The notes beneath the pieces were generated by a model. The model did no database searches. It saw nothing but the letters and a program-made list of their open reading frames with translations, and was not told the origin of the DNA. From a virus (Duplodnaviria; Caudoviricetes), in IMG/VR virus record IMGVR_UViG_3300021085_000025, positions 1,205 through 65,204 of that record: a stretch of DNA of 64,000 bases, one strand, 5' to 3'. The translations under genes and the position numbers were made by a program. Shown here one piece after another: positions 46,841 to 56,396 of this stretch (its first letter is position 1; each line of letters starts with the position of its first letter).

Positions 46841-48229
46841 CTATACTTTAAATTCCGCAAACGTGTCTTTATTTTCCTTATCCCCCCACGTCGCGATGGG
46901 TTTATCGGGGATACTCATATCTGACATAATATCAGATTGAGCAGATTCTTCTACATCATACAATTTCATACGTGCACGATCGATACCGACTACAAATCGT
47001 TTAAATTTAGTCGGATCATTATATCTATTTTTAAGTTGCTTAACCATTACTTGGTTAAGTTCATCCAATTCTTCAGTTGCTATTAATGCAAACATCAAAT
47101 CAGCTGTAGCAGGGAGGCCAAAAGATTCTGATGTATCTTCAAGTCCTACATCAGTATTGCTGAAACCTGATCGAGTCGTTTGAGTTGCTGTCATAATTGG
47201 CAGATTAAACTCAATCGCTAAACCACGTAATTCTTCAGCAATAGCTTTGATGTAGGTATAACTATTTATACTACCACCCATGGCTTTCATGCGCGATGAC
47301 GAACATATATTTAGGTAATCTATATATATGATATCAGGAGCAAACTTCTTTTTAAGCTTTAATTCATTCAATAAAGCTCGAAAGTGACCAGAATGCGCAG
47401 CGCCGGTTGGATATTCTTTAATCAATAATTTACCGATTGTGCCTGTTGCAATCTTTTGTATCTTTTCAGAAAATACATCTTTAGGCAATGATTCTAGTTG
47501 TTGAATAGGTAGATCCATTAAGTTTGCATCAATACGTTCAGCGATTCTTTCTTCAGCCATTTCCATAGTAATATAAAGAACATTCTTACCTTGTTGTAAA
47601 ACTGATGCTGCGTTATGACACATAAACAAAGATTTACCTACACCAGTACCAGCCAAACATACATTTAGTGTTTTATTCGGTATACCGCCTTTAGTAATTT
47701 TATTGAAATAGTCAAGATCCCATGGAATACGTTCTTCCGTTTTATTATAGAAATCAAAACGAGCAGACGAATCGTCGATGTAATCATGGCCAATTGCTTG
47801 ATCAAATGATACGCCAAGAGCTGTTGAAAGTATTTCTGGTATAGCACCTTCGCTTTTTTCCGGATCCTTTCCATCAATAATACCAATAGAATCCATAATC
47901 GCGAGATATACTGCACGATCTTTACACCACTTTTCAGTTTCATTAATAAGATAATCAGTATCTAAATCAGTTTTATTACCGATCTCGTTGATTAACATTG
48001 ATGATTGGTTTAATACATCTTCTGGCGCTGACACTTTTTGTAGCTCAATATCTAGCACTCTACCAGTAGGTAATTTGTTATGCGCCGCTACAAAGCTAAC
48101 AATAAGGTCGAATACTACTTTATGGATCCCTTCGAAATATTCTTTTTGAAGGTACGGTATTACCCGTCTGCAATATTCTTCGTTATTAAGTAGATGACTT
48201 AGTACGTGTGTCGGTATTTCGTTCTGCAA
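46841..48229 (-). CDS. 41: Replicative helicase gp41
   Basis: AGTGVGKS, EMAEE, IKEYPT, DYLNI, ATQTTR, QLKNRY. Confidence 0.96.
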   Translation of the reverse strand: MQNEIPTHVLSHLLNNEEYCRRVIPYLQKEYFEGIHKVVFDLIVSFVAAHNKLPTGRVLDIELQKVSAPEDVLNQSSMLINEIGNKTDLDTDYLINETEKWCKDRAVYLAIMDSIGIIDGKDPEKSEGAIPEILSTALGVSFDQAIGHDYIDDSSARFDFYNKTEERIPWDLDYFNKITKGGIPNKTLNVCLAGTGVGKSLFMCHNAASVLQQGKNVLYITMEMAEERIAERIDANLMDLPIQQLESLPKDVFSEKIQKIATGTIGKLLIKEYPTGAAHSGHFRALLNELKLKKKFAPDIIYIDYLNICSSSRMKAMGGSINSYTYIKAIAEELRGLAIEFNLPIMTATQTTRSGFSNTDVGLEDTSESFGLPATADLMFALIATEELDELNQVMVKQLKNRYNDPTKFKRFVVGIDRARMKLYDVEESAQSDIMSDMSIPDKPIATWGDKENKDTFAEFKV

Positions 48230-48500
48230 GTTTCGTTGTCCCTTCTTGAATAATATGTGTTAATAGATCTCCGAGGTAGTTATTAAAAGCCTCGTCATCT
48301 CTCAATGTGTCGTGGTCATAATCACCTGGATCATTTATGTTATACGTAAATGATAGTGTGGCCACATCTAGTTCCGGACTTTCTTTAATGGATACGGTGC
48401 CATAAATAAATCTTACACCGTCATATGGTGAATTGTCATTTAACTGAATAGCATAAAAATCAGATTCTGGGTGTTCTACTGTAATAAAATGATTATCCAT
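48186..48500 (-). CDS. gp40-like protein
   Basis: Sits between uvsX and gp41; size fits. Confidence 0.45.
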   Translation of the reverse strand: MDNHFITVEHPESDFYAIQLNDNSPYDGVRFIYGTVSIKESPELDVATLSFTYNINDPGDYDHDTLRDDEAFNNYLGDLLTHIIQEGTTKLAERNTDTRTKSST

Positions 48501-49548
48501 GTTCTTGCTCAATATCGAGTTCGATGTCTAGTAACGGTTTATGACCTATTTGATAATGGCCTTTCAAAAACTCTTTAAAGTTTGTATTTTCAAATATAGG
48601 CTTCCAGAACTCTTCTTCTAAAGTATCTTTTTCTCTTACTTTAGGTTGAACTAGTTCTCCTGTTTCCATATCAACTCTGCAGTACCAACCTACATTCGGC
48701 TTTTGGACATAACCACCGGCCAATGCCACATCTAGTAATCCTGAGTATGGAGCAATACCACCTTCCCAAGTTACGCTGATTGGAATCTTAGACTTCTCTT
48801 TTACAAACCGTGATTTCTCGACGTTGATCACAAAGTTATAACCTTTAATTTCGGTTCCTTGCTTTTGTTGTTGCCTTCCAAGAATCCAAATGTTGTCTGC
48901 TGAATAATAAATTCCAGTACCACCAGAAACAATAGCTTTAGGAAATAATCCAATCTCTTGATATGTGTGATTAACAGCAAGCAAAGGGATATTCTTCATA
49001 GCCAGATAAGGAGTGACCATTCTGAATAAACCTTTGAGCGCTTTGGCTCTTGACATATCAGCAACTGATTTTTCATTTAGCGCATCTTCTAATTCTTTCT
49101 TCGAAGCAAGATTGCCAATAGAATCAATGACGACAATAACCTTGTCATTTCTTTCAATATTTTCTAATTGACCTACTAAATCAAACTTAAGCTGCTCGAC
49201 GTCAGTAATTGGTGTATGCAATACTCTATCAGTATCGATACCGAATGATTCAAAATATGATTGCGGTGAACCAAACTCTGAATCATAAAATAGTAACACT
49301 GCATCCTCGTGTTCCTTTAAATATGCACCTGCCATTAATAAGGCAAATGATGTTTTAAAGTGTTTAGAAGGACCGGCTAATACTGTCAAACCAGGACTTA
49401 ATCCACCATCCGGATCTCCCGATAAAGCGACGTTAACCATCGGCACTTCTGTTTTAGTCATTTCTTTATCACTAAAGAATACTGACTTTGATAGAACATC
49501 TGAAGCTTTAATCTTAGAGTTCTTTTTTAGTTTGTCCATTACTGACAT
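48493..49548 (-). CDS. uvsX: Recombinase UvsX
   Basis: AGPSKHFKT, YDSEFG, DSIGNLAS, GGTG..YSA. Confidence 0.95.
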   Translation of the reverse strand: MSVMDKLKKNSKIKASDVLSKSVFFSDKEMTKTEVPMVNVALSGDPDGGLSPGLTVLAGPSKHFKTSFALLMAGAYLKEHEDAVLLFYDSEFGSPQSYFESFGIDTDRVLHTPITDVEQLKFDLVGQLENIERNDKVIVVIDSIGNLASKKELEDALNEKSVADMSRAKALKGLFRMVTPYLAMKNIPLLAVNHTYQEIGLFPKAIVSGGTGIYYSADNIWILGRQQQKQGTEIKGYNFVINVEKSRFVKEKSKIPISVTWEGGIAPYSGLLDVALAGGYVQKPNVGWYCRVDMETGELVQPKVREKDTLEEEFWKPIFENTNFKEFLKGHYQIGHKPLLDIELDIEQEHG

Positions 49549-49826
49549 TATCTTTTTCTCCTACCAAACTGGGTTTGTTCTTGGGCTCTCAATTCTCGCT
49601 TATGACGCGAAATTGCTTCGGCCTTTTTACGCTTGCGTTTTGCTGTAGGTTTCTCATAGAATTCCTTAGCTCGGACATCTTGTAAGATACCTGCAGCTTC
49701 TACAGCTTTTTTGAACTTTCTCAATCCTACTTCAAAAGGCATATCTTGAGGCGGACGATTGTCTCGTTTACCTTTCCGATTTTTGTTGAACTTTCTTGGT
49801 TGAGCTTGTAAATTTATACTTGGCAT
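49548..49826 (-). CDS. rpsU: Ribosomal protein bS21
   Basis: FE..LRKFKK.VE.AGILQD...EFYEKPT..RKRKK. Confidence 0.88.
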   Translation of the reverse strand: MPSINLQAQPRKFNKNRKGKRDNRPPQDMPFEVGLRKFKKAVEAAGILQDVRAKEFYEKPTAKRKRKKAEAISRHKRELRAQEQTQFGRRKR

Positions 49827-49854
49827 ATTTCCTCTTTTATTAATTAATGTGTAT

Positions 49855-49884
49855 ATTATAACATGAAATCAGTCAATTGTACAC
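49855..49884 (-). promoter_or_regulatory. Early promoter for rpsU-uvsX-41
   Basis: GTGTACA-N17-TATAAT. Confidence 0.75.
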
Positions 49885-50809
49885 AGTTAATTCCCCAATT
49901 TTTGCGTCTATATGACTCAGGAGATAGGTGTACCGATGATGTGCTTTCCATATGGTCCTTCGCGTATGCTTCACTATTCATAGTGAGCCACTCTTCAGGA
50001 TATTCAACCCTCTTCATACCTAGATCATCCATGTTGGATATCCATTGGTTTAAAGCGTTGATTCTTTCTTCGCGAGAACCCCAAAATGGTTTATCTTTAT
50101 AATAACCGGTTTTTGGTAGTTTTCGTTCTTCGAACTCTATTGGCCATGGTGTTGAGTATTCTACTTTTATTCCCTTACGTTCTAACTCTTCACCGAACTT
50201 TTTCCATTCTTTTAACATAGGCATACTATCTGCATTTAATCTGCAAAGGTGGTGCCTAATATCTATGTTTCCAAAGGACATTGTAATTCCCCTTGGCATA
50301 CACTCTAATATATGTTTCATTACGTATTCAAAGTTTGTTTTTATTTGTCCGTTAAGCGTAAGTCCATCAGTTTTTATAACCATCGAACCTTCCTTTGAAT
50401 ACGCGGCAGTATGTGAATCGCCAATAGTCAGCCAATGCAAATCAGATATATCTGTAGATTTTAACGTTCTTGCGGTTGCACATTTTTCTGATACTTTATC
50501 ACACCAATCTTTATCTAATACATCCTTACGTTTTTTAAGCATTGCGCCATAATCTGGCATATCAATGTCTAGTGAATATACAAGCCTTGCTTCTAAAAAG
50601 TTGTTAATTCGTTTCTCTAGATCTTCGGTAAATCCACCAAACAGATTCAGTGATCCACCAAAATTAACACCATGATCTAAATACAACACGTCAACAATTT
50701 CCGCTTCGTGATTAATACCTACATCTAGGTTTTCAGACCACGTTCTGGCCCAACCATACCCATGACTATTTTTCTTTTTAGGTATTTTATTAAACGTTCC
50801 TGTGATCAT
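49856..50809 (-). CDS. SGNH-like hydrolase/acyltransferase in DNA-modification cluster
   Basis: IGDSH (block I), FGNID (block III), SVHLS (block V). Confidence 0.5.
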   Translation of the reverse strand: MITGTFNKIPKKKNSHGYGWARTWSENLDVGINHEAEIVDVLYLDHGVNFGGSLNLFGGFTEDLEKRINNFLEARLVYSLDIDMPDYGAMLKKRKDVLDKDWCDKVSEKCATARTLKSTDISDLHWLTIGDSHTAAYSKEGSMVIKTDGLTLNGQIKTNFEYVMKHILECMPRGITMSFGNIDIRHHLCRLNADSMPMLKEWKKFGEELERKGIKVEYSTPWPIEFEERKLPKTGYYKDKPFWGSREERINALNQWISNMDDLGMKRVEYPEEWLTMNSEAYAKDHMESTSSVHLSPESYRRKNWGINCVQLTDFML

Positions 50810-51681
50810 AAATTTTTATCCCAATCTCTATAACTATCAACTGTCTCGTATAGTGTTTCATCCGACAATGTAGGCTCTGGTCCTACATTCCAGAATAATA
50901 TATTTCTTCCAGTATTCTTAGGTATAAACTTCCAAACCTTACCGTCGTACGTATCAATGCACGGAAATGGCGGTAGGTTCTCATTCTTCTCAGGAGCAGT
51001 GAACGCCTTTGGTTCACTTATAACTTCTGCCCTACCCAACTCTCCAGCTTTCATATTTCGTGACACTGCAACCGATGTAAACTTAGCGTTAGGCCATGCT
51101 ATTTGCAAAGCTCTCGTAAGAACTCCAGTTGATGTAGCCACATATACTTCGTCTGGTTCACGAATTGCACTCGCAACTTTAACTATACCAGCAGTGACCA
51201 TTTCATGTTTTAGACCTAGAGGAACAAAGTAGTAACCGTGTTTCCTCGAATCTTCTAATGCTATTTTATTCAAGTTTGGCATTGCGGCTATTCGGTGGAA
51301 GCTTACGTCAGCTCCTTGCTCTATACAACACGCTTGATGGTGTGAAATCTTTTTACTAGATGGCATATACAATCTAACTTTTTTATTATGCCTTCTAGCA
51401 ACATCTAAGATACTCACTCCAGCTAATCCTGTACGTGGTTGAACATATGCAATAGTATCTTCTTTAATTGTGCTAATAAGACAATCTCCGCCTCTTGTTT
51501 TAGAGCCTACGATCATATCGTCACGAATAACCCTAACTCCTTGGTGGGTTTTTTCGAATGGCTTTGGATTTGGATCTTCCCAGTTCTTAGCCAAGTCAAG
51601 GTAATATTCCTTAGCTTCATCGGCTTGCATTAACCCAATATCCTTATTAAATCCGTCTTCTACGTGTTTATTATGAGGCAT
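50806..51681 (-). CDS. PLP-dependent enzyme (fold type II, TrpB-like)
   Basis: RDD...GSKTRG Schiff-base Lys, ATSTGVL, YDGK, LFWNVG. Confidence 0.7.
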   Translation of the reverse strand: MPHNKHVEDGFNKDIGLMQADEAKEYYLDLAKNWEDPNPKPFEKTHQGVRVIRDDMIVGSKTRGGDCLISTIKEDTIAYVQPRTGLAGVSILDVARRHNKKVRLYMPSSKKISHHQACCIEQGADVSFHRIAAMPNLNKIALEDSRKHGYYFVPLGLKHEMVTAGIVKVASAIREPDEVYVATSTGVLTRALQIAWPNAKFTSVAVSRNMKAGELGRAEVISEPKAFTAPEKNENLPPFPCIDTYDGKVWKFIPKNTGRNILFWNVGPEPTLSDETLYETVDSYRDWDKNL

Positions 51682-52846
51682 TTCTTATATTCTTATCCAT
51701 TGCTGAGTGTAGTATCATTGCTTTGTAATCATCTACTGTTAAATTGTTACTATGTAAAATTTTAAGGTCGGACGGATGCGATGACATTCCGTTAAAGGTT
51801 TCAACTAAACCTAGTTCTAACATTGCTTTTTGTCTACCACGTGGGTGATCTTTAATGTCACTGCTAGACCATAAATTATCGTAATCCAAATGCGCATAAT
51901 CATCACCAGGCCTTACATAATTCTCAACCCATCTAATATAATCACAACATACATCTTCTGCATTATATGGAACACTTCCAGTATCTTCATATATTTGCGT
52001 CATGACCTCATCTAGAAAATCTTGTTTTTTAAGTTTGTTGTCGTTTTTGGCCAGGTAAGAAATACATTCAACGGCATTCGTTCCATAATAAAACATACTT
52101 TCGGTGTTAACAAAATGCGGGAACCAATCAGCAATATCCGCGACAACGGCTGCGTACTGGAATTTATACTGTCTCAATCCGTTTTTAACATTCCAGCTTA
52201 GCATAAACTCGCCAACTTCTCTTAAATCCTTTTTACCAGGGATTGCCAAAAAGTGTGATAATTCTTTTGCAAGTCTTGGAGCGTATTCACATAAGTAATA
52301 GTCTCCACCTTTTTTATAATCTGATGTTGGTTTTGGAAATGCTGGAAATTGATATCCAATTGAAGTATAAAATGGCTTTCCTAATTTACCTTCAGCCTTA
52401 ATTATTTTTTTCATATCATCTATGTCTTCTGCTAGATGAAGTTTAAACAGTAATGTGTTATGATATCCAGATGGTTTAGTTCCGTAATTGATAGCAGAAC
52501 CTGTAACTCTATGTAGAATAAAAAGATATAACCAAGTATCAAGAGAATGAGTCTTACCAGTCCAGTTTTTAGCAACTAGTTCTCTTTGAGCAGTCGCTTC
52601 TCCAGCTTGCATTCTATCCCAATAAGGATGTTTATCAGTCCATCCGTAAAAGATGTCGTTAATAATCTGGGAAAACCCGGCGTACTTACGCTCAACTACA
52701 TCATATAGTTCTACGTTTTCCATTAGATCATCACTCATATTGCTTTCACGGTGTGGCATAAAGTTTGGCACATTACACTTAATCTGTTGATCTTTTGCAA
52801 GTTTAAAGTACTTTAAAAAGTCATAATAATATTCAGTTTTTATCAT
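51671..52846 (-). CDS. Amino acid:DNA transferase-like protein (aGPT-PPlase-like)
   Basis: Motif order DDLM..V.R, LFILHR, FYTS.GY, F....VADI, G.NA, EDVCCDY.RW resembles aGPT-PPlase clade 1; by-eye match. Confidence 0.55.
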   Translation of the reverse strand: MIKTEYYYDFLKYFKLAKDQQIKCNVPNFMPHRESNMSDDLMENVELYDVVERKYAGFSQIINDIFYGWTDKHPYWDRMQAGEATAQRELVAKNWTGKTHSLDTWLYLFILHRVTGSAINYGTKPSGYHNTLLFKLHLAEDIDDMKKIIKAEGKLGKPFYTSIGYQFPAFPKPTSDYKKGGDYYLCEYAPRLAKELSHFLAIPGKKDLREVGEFMLSWNVKNGLRQYKFQYAAVVADIADWFPHFVNTESMFYYGTNAVECISYLAKNDNKLKKQDFLDEVMTQIYEDTGSVPYNAEDVCCDYIRWVENYVRPGDDYAHLDYDNLWSSSDIKDHPRGRQKAMLELGLVETFNGMSSHPSDLKILHSNNLTVDDYKAMILHSAMDKNIRNAS

Positions 52847-53139
52847 AGTATTGTAAACAAATTCCTCACTAAAAATAATAATCCTACACCATTGAGAAGT
52901 ATGAGTGCACGATCTTTCCATAAAATAGACACTACCAACCACAGCAAAATGCCTATAATTGATAGAACTACATCATAAGTTTGATATCCTTCAATACCTC
53001 TAATCGACATAGCACATAGCACAAACACAGAAGCAACCCACTTAATATACCAGTCTATTGTATATTTAGGAGTTGCACTCTTAAAAATTCTTTTACTTTT
53101 CTCTAGCTCTTCTTTACTAAAGTCAACCATCTTATTCAT
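52843..53139 (-). CDS. Small 3-TM membrane protein
   Basis: WYIKW.AS...WKDRALILLN. Confidence 0.6.
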   Translation of the reverse strand: MNKMVDFSKEELEKSKRIFKSATPKYTIDWYIKWVASVFVLCAMSIRGIEGYQTYDVVLSIIGILLWLVVSILWKDRALILLNGVGLLFLVRNLFTIL

Positions 53140-53332
53140 GCTCAATTGGATTAAGCGATTTACGGTCGTACTTGCTTTTGTCTTTATGAACTTTTGTACT
53201 ACCATGATCAGGTGTAGTTTTACGCACTTTTATATTTTTCTTACCAAAGATTTTATCCCAGTTATCCCTACCTTGTTTAGATAGACCTTTAGATTTAATT
53301 GAATCTCCAGTTATATCATTTTTTGTTGCCAT
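53132..53332 (-). CDS. Small basic hypothetical protein
   Basis: NDITGD.I.SK, NWDKIFG, HKDKSKYDRK. Confidence 0.55.
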   Translation of the reverse strand: MATKNDITGDSIKSKGLSKQGRDNWDKIFGKKNIKVRKTTPDHGSTKVHKDKSKYDRKSLNPIEHE

Positions 53333-53334
53333 AG

Positions 53335-53568
53335 TTATTTCTCGAAATTTAGCTCTAATTGCATAGGCGTGAATAAATGATTAAACCTTTGCTTTGTTTT
53401 ACGAAAAAACAGATTTCCATTTTTAGTTTGTGTCAATACAAAACAATCGCCAACTTTAAATGGAGTCTTTTCTATTTTTAATAGACAGTCTGGCTCCAAT
53501 ATCGAATCAGCATCGACAAAAGTTAAACCCGCATCGGTCATTTCAAATTTGTAATCTATATAAAGCAT
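53335..53568 (-). CDS. Hypothetical protein
   Basis: GAGG RBS after the tRNA. Confidence 0.5.
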   Translation of the reverse strand: MLYIDYKFEMTDAGLTFVDADSILEPDCLLKIEKTPFKVGDCFVLTQTKNGNLFFRKTKQRFNHLFTPMQLELNFEK

Positions 53569-53586
53569 TTGCTTTTCCTCTTTTTT

Positions 53587-53663
53587 TGGCGCGCCTGTCA
53601 GGATTCGAACCTGAGACCCTCGGCTTAGAAGGCCGATGCTCTATCCAGCTGAGCTACAAGCGC
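53587..53663 (-). tRNA. tRNA-Arg (UCU)
   Basis: GCGCTTG/CAGGCGC acceptor, D-arm AGCTCAGCTGGATAGAGC, anticodon loop CTTCTAA, GTTCGAATC, encoded CCA. Confidence 0.96.
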
Positions 53664-53671
53664 ATAACGCT

Positions 53672-54133
53672 TTAGATAAAGTCGTAAATAACTCCGGCTT
53701 CATCAAACATTTTTTTAGTCAATTGAGTCGAATCAACCCAGCGCTCTGGCATGGTGCTGTCAATCTCATTAGTGACTACCCTTTTTATACCGACTTGAAT
53801 AATGCCTTTCGCACATTCGGAACAAACCGGTAATCCGTGTATATACATTGTAGCTCCATCAAGTGACGTTCCATTGTATGTAGCATTATATATACAATTC
53901 ATTTCAGCATGAACAACATGCTGGTATTTTGTAACTTTATTCTCGTACATAGAATCATCATCAGATATTCCACGTGGAAACCCGTTATAACCCTGAGCTA
54001 ACACTTGTCCCTTTTCTCCAACGGCCACCGCACCAATCTTTCGTGACGGATCTTTCGACCATGTAGAAATATGTTCGGCTAAAGCTAAATAGCGTTTATC
54101 CCATTTATAAATTTTTGCAGTGTCCCAATTCAT
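53672..54133 (-). CDS. cd: dCMP deaminase
   Basis: SKDPS, GYNGFPRG, HAEMN, P.CSEC. Confidence 0.92.
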   Translation of the reverse strand: MNWDTAKIYKWDKRYLALAEHISTWSKDPSRKIGAVAVGEKGQVLAQGYNGFPRGISDDDSMYENKVTKYQHVVHAEMNCIYNATYNGTSLDGATMYIHGLPVCSECAKGIIQVGIKRVVTNEIDSTMPERWVDSTQLTKKMFDEAGVIYDFI

Positions 54134-54798
54134 TACTTTACCAAATCAAAATGACGTTCGTAAACGTGTAAGTTTTGTACTTGCCAATGGATATCACCAT
54201 CATTAACACTTAAATCGTCTGCTAGTGAACATAACACATATTCCTGCCACGCATAATCATTACGGTAACCAAAGATCACATCGTTAGATCGCATTTGAAC
54301 TACACAATGTAATGCACCATCACGAATATAGTATGTCACAGCATTTGTACAAATAAAATCGTTTTTGCCTTGGTCATTATATTCTACCCATATCGAAGGA
54401 CGTTGATAAATCATTGACGCTCTACGAGAATCGGGATTACTAGTCAATTCAATAAGAACTTGGTCATATTGAGCATGATACTTTTCATTAAAAATCAAAT
54501 GACCATAATTTGAATTGATTTCACCGTGTTCGTTTGCAGTCATTTTCCATGCTGCAGGTGGATTTTTAGAATCAAAATCGGTTCCATATATGTCATTAAT
54601 ATTTGTAGACTGTGATTCGTACCACGAAAGTTCTGCATCGATATATTCCTGATTAGGAGTACCGAAGATAGCAGGTTCACTAGCATGAAATGATGCACCT
54701 AGCAATTCAATAGTTTTACTACCATTGCGGTCGATAACAAAGTTTTCTTCTGCAAGTTCCTGTTTGAAGTGTTCTCTAATTGCGTTTAAATAAATCAT
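54133..54798 (-). CDS. 42: dCMP hydroxymethylase (T4 gp42-like)
   Basis: INSNYG, SRRA, DFICT, MRSNDVIFGYRNDYAWQ (Asp at the specificity position), LHVYERHF. Confidence 0.85.
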   Translation of the reverse strand: MIYLNAIREHFKQELAEENFVIDRNGSKTIELLGASFHASEPAIFGTPNQEYIDAELSWYESQSTNINDIYGTDFDSKNPPAAWKMTANEHGEINSNYGHLIFNEKYHAQYDQVLIELTSNPDSRRASMIYQRPSIWVEYNDQGKNDFICTNAVTYYIRDGALHCVVQMRSNDVIFGYRNDYAWQEYVLCSLADDLSVNDGDIHWQVQNLHVYERHFDLVK

Positions 54799-55100
54799 TT
54801 TTTATACCTATCGTCTAGTTCTGGATGTTCTGTGCAATGCATCATTAATATCATTAATTGAGTTGCGGCATGAGATAAATGTGTTTTACCAGATTCTGGA
54901 TCTAGGTCTTCACCTGCATGCCATGCGTTAAGATGCCTTTGAATTGATGAATAAGTTCGTAGCTTACTGGTTGAATCACCGTCATCACGCCAGTTGTTTA
55001 CGCCATACTTTTCAGCACCGAAGCCAAAGACTTCAGCGATTTCTAATAATGCTTCTGGTGGAATTAAAGCTAGTGGAGCTTTGCCTTCATCGAATTTCAT
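54795..55100 (-). CDS. dNTP diphosphohydrolase-like protein (DUF5664-type)
   Basis: KFD.GK..L.L.P, GA.KY..NNW, RHL..W..GE..DPESG..HL.HA. Confidence 0.75.
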   Translation of the reverse strand: MKFDEGKAPLALIPPEALLEIAEVFGFGAEKYGVNNWRDDGDSTSKLRTYSSIQRHLNAWHAGEDLDPESGKTHLSHAATQLMILMMHCTEHPELDDRYKK

Positions 55101-55129
55101 AATAATGCCTTTTTAATTTTGATATGGTT

Positions 55130-55159
55130 ATTATAACACAAGTAACTTAGAATGTACAC
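55130..55159 (-). promoter_or_regulatory. Early promoter heading the DNA-modification operon
   Basis: GTGTACA-N17-TATAAT. Confidence 0.75.
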
Positions 55160-55167
55160 ACTTTTTT

Positions 55168-55728
55168 TCACAAAATACAATATTCTGAGTGCTTGGACAT
55201 TTGCATTATACTTTTAATTGGAATACTACCATACTTAGTTGGTTTGCAAGAAAACACAGTATGAGGATCTGATATACATAAGAACTCAACTGTCAACTCG
55301 GTATTTGCTTCTATTACTAATGGTATATTTTTATCAGCTCTTTCTCTATTCGTTCTATAAAAACAAAAGTGTGTTAGTTTACCTTCGGCAAACGCTCTTA
55401 GATATCTTTCAACGTCATGCTGAGGATTAAAAAAATCTCCTGCTATTTCTTTAAAGTCAATAAGTGTTTTATAATCCGATTGCAATCTAATATCCGCAAA
55501 AAACTTTAACGGATTCTCAGTAATTTTTTCTAAATCATCTGGAAAAGTTTTCGCGAGGTGTTCCTCGACGTACTCTGAATCAACATTTGCTCGGCTTGAA
55601 TAACCAGACTTATCTTGGTATCCTTCGACGCTATTATATTCGTTAGTGTGTCTTTCAACATCTTCTTGAGTAACAGTAAATTTTAATCCGTCAATATGAT
55701 TTTTTAAATCACTTAGCCACATATACAA
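55168..55728 (-). CDS. Hypothetical protein (possible PD-(D/E)XK fold)
   Basis: E...AD...IDFKE. Confidence 0.45.
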   Translation of the reverse strand: MYMWLSDLKNHIDGLKFTVTQEDVERHTNEYNSVEGYQDKSGYSSRANVDSEYVEEHLAKTFPDDLEKITENPLKFFADIRLQSDYKTLIDFKEIAGDFFNPQHDVERYLRAFAEGKLTHFCFYRTNRERADKNIPLVIEANTELTVEFLCISDPHTVFSCKPTKYGSIPIKSIMQMSKHSEYCIL

Positions 55729-56128
55729 TACCTTGTTCGTTTAAAGCTTTGCGATTTGCCATATGATGGTTTTCAGTTTCTTCTTTATTACCACCGTAAT
55801 ATGGAACAGCATGATTGTTATTAATCATAGTTTGATTAACTGAAGTTTCTAATCCGTCTATAAAGAGTTCACCTAAAATTCTACCGAACTTACCTTTGTC
55901 GTGAGACACTAGTTGAATTTTTTGATCTTTTAATAAACCTTCTAAAAAGTACTTTGATTGTTTACCATAGAATTTTTCTTCTAAATCTCTGGTTCTAGAT
56001 TCTGGAGTATCAATTGCCATCATTCGAACTCTTTGCTTTTTTAGAACTGTACTAAAACCTAAGTCAACATCTACGTCAACAGTATCTCCATCAACTACTC
56101 TCGTGATATAAACTCTGTACCTATACAC
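55709..56128 (-). CDS. Thermonuclease (SNase family)
   Basis: RVVDGDT, RM..IDTPE, GKFGRILG. Confidence 0.85.
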   Translation of the reverse strand: MYRYRVYITRVVDGDTVDVDVDLGFSTVLKKQRVRMMAIDTPESRTRDLEEKFYGKQSKYFLEGLLKDQKIQLVSHDKGKFGRILGELFIDGLETSVNQTMINNNHAVPYYGGNKEETENHHMANRKALNEQGIVYVAK

Positions 56129-56387
56129 TTATCACCGCCTTGATATGTTCAACATCAATAATCGCTGCAGCATTTCCATCGTAATCTACCGGCATTGCCT
56201 TACTCCAATCAAGAAATACTCTATCTCCTGACATAACCTTACCGAGTGCGCCTCCGCTTACATCTAATACTAAAGCTGGTTTTGAGCCCTTTGTAGTATC
56301 AGCCGTAAGGATAATACCACCTGCTGTAGTTTCCTCTTTTTCAGCCGCTGTCACTAAGACGTGATTATGTAACATTTTAATTTCCAT
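56121..56387 (-). CDS. groES: GroES-like co-chaperonin
   Basis: LHNHVLV...EETTAGGIIL mobile loop, GDRV. Confidence 0.75.
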   Translation of the reverse strand: MEIKMLHNHVLVTAAEKEETTAGGIILTADTTKGSKPALVLDVSGGALGKVMSGDRVFLDWSKAMPVDYDGNAAAIIDVEHIKAVISV

Positions 56388-56396
56388 TTTTTTCTC

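Noticed and set aside
49856-50809. T4 beta-glucosyltransferase homolog
   Set aside because: Only a short LNLFGG resemblance; the remainder fits SGNH blocks better, though a profile search is needed
54133-54798. Ordinary thymidylate synthase ThyA
   Set aside because: Asp rather than Asn at the specificity position, gp42-like motifs, and ThyX present
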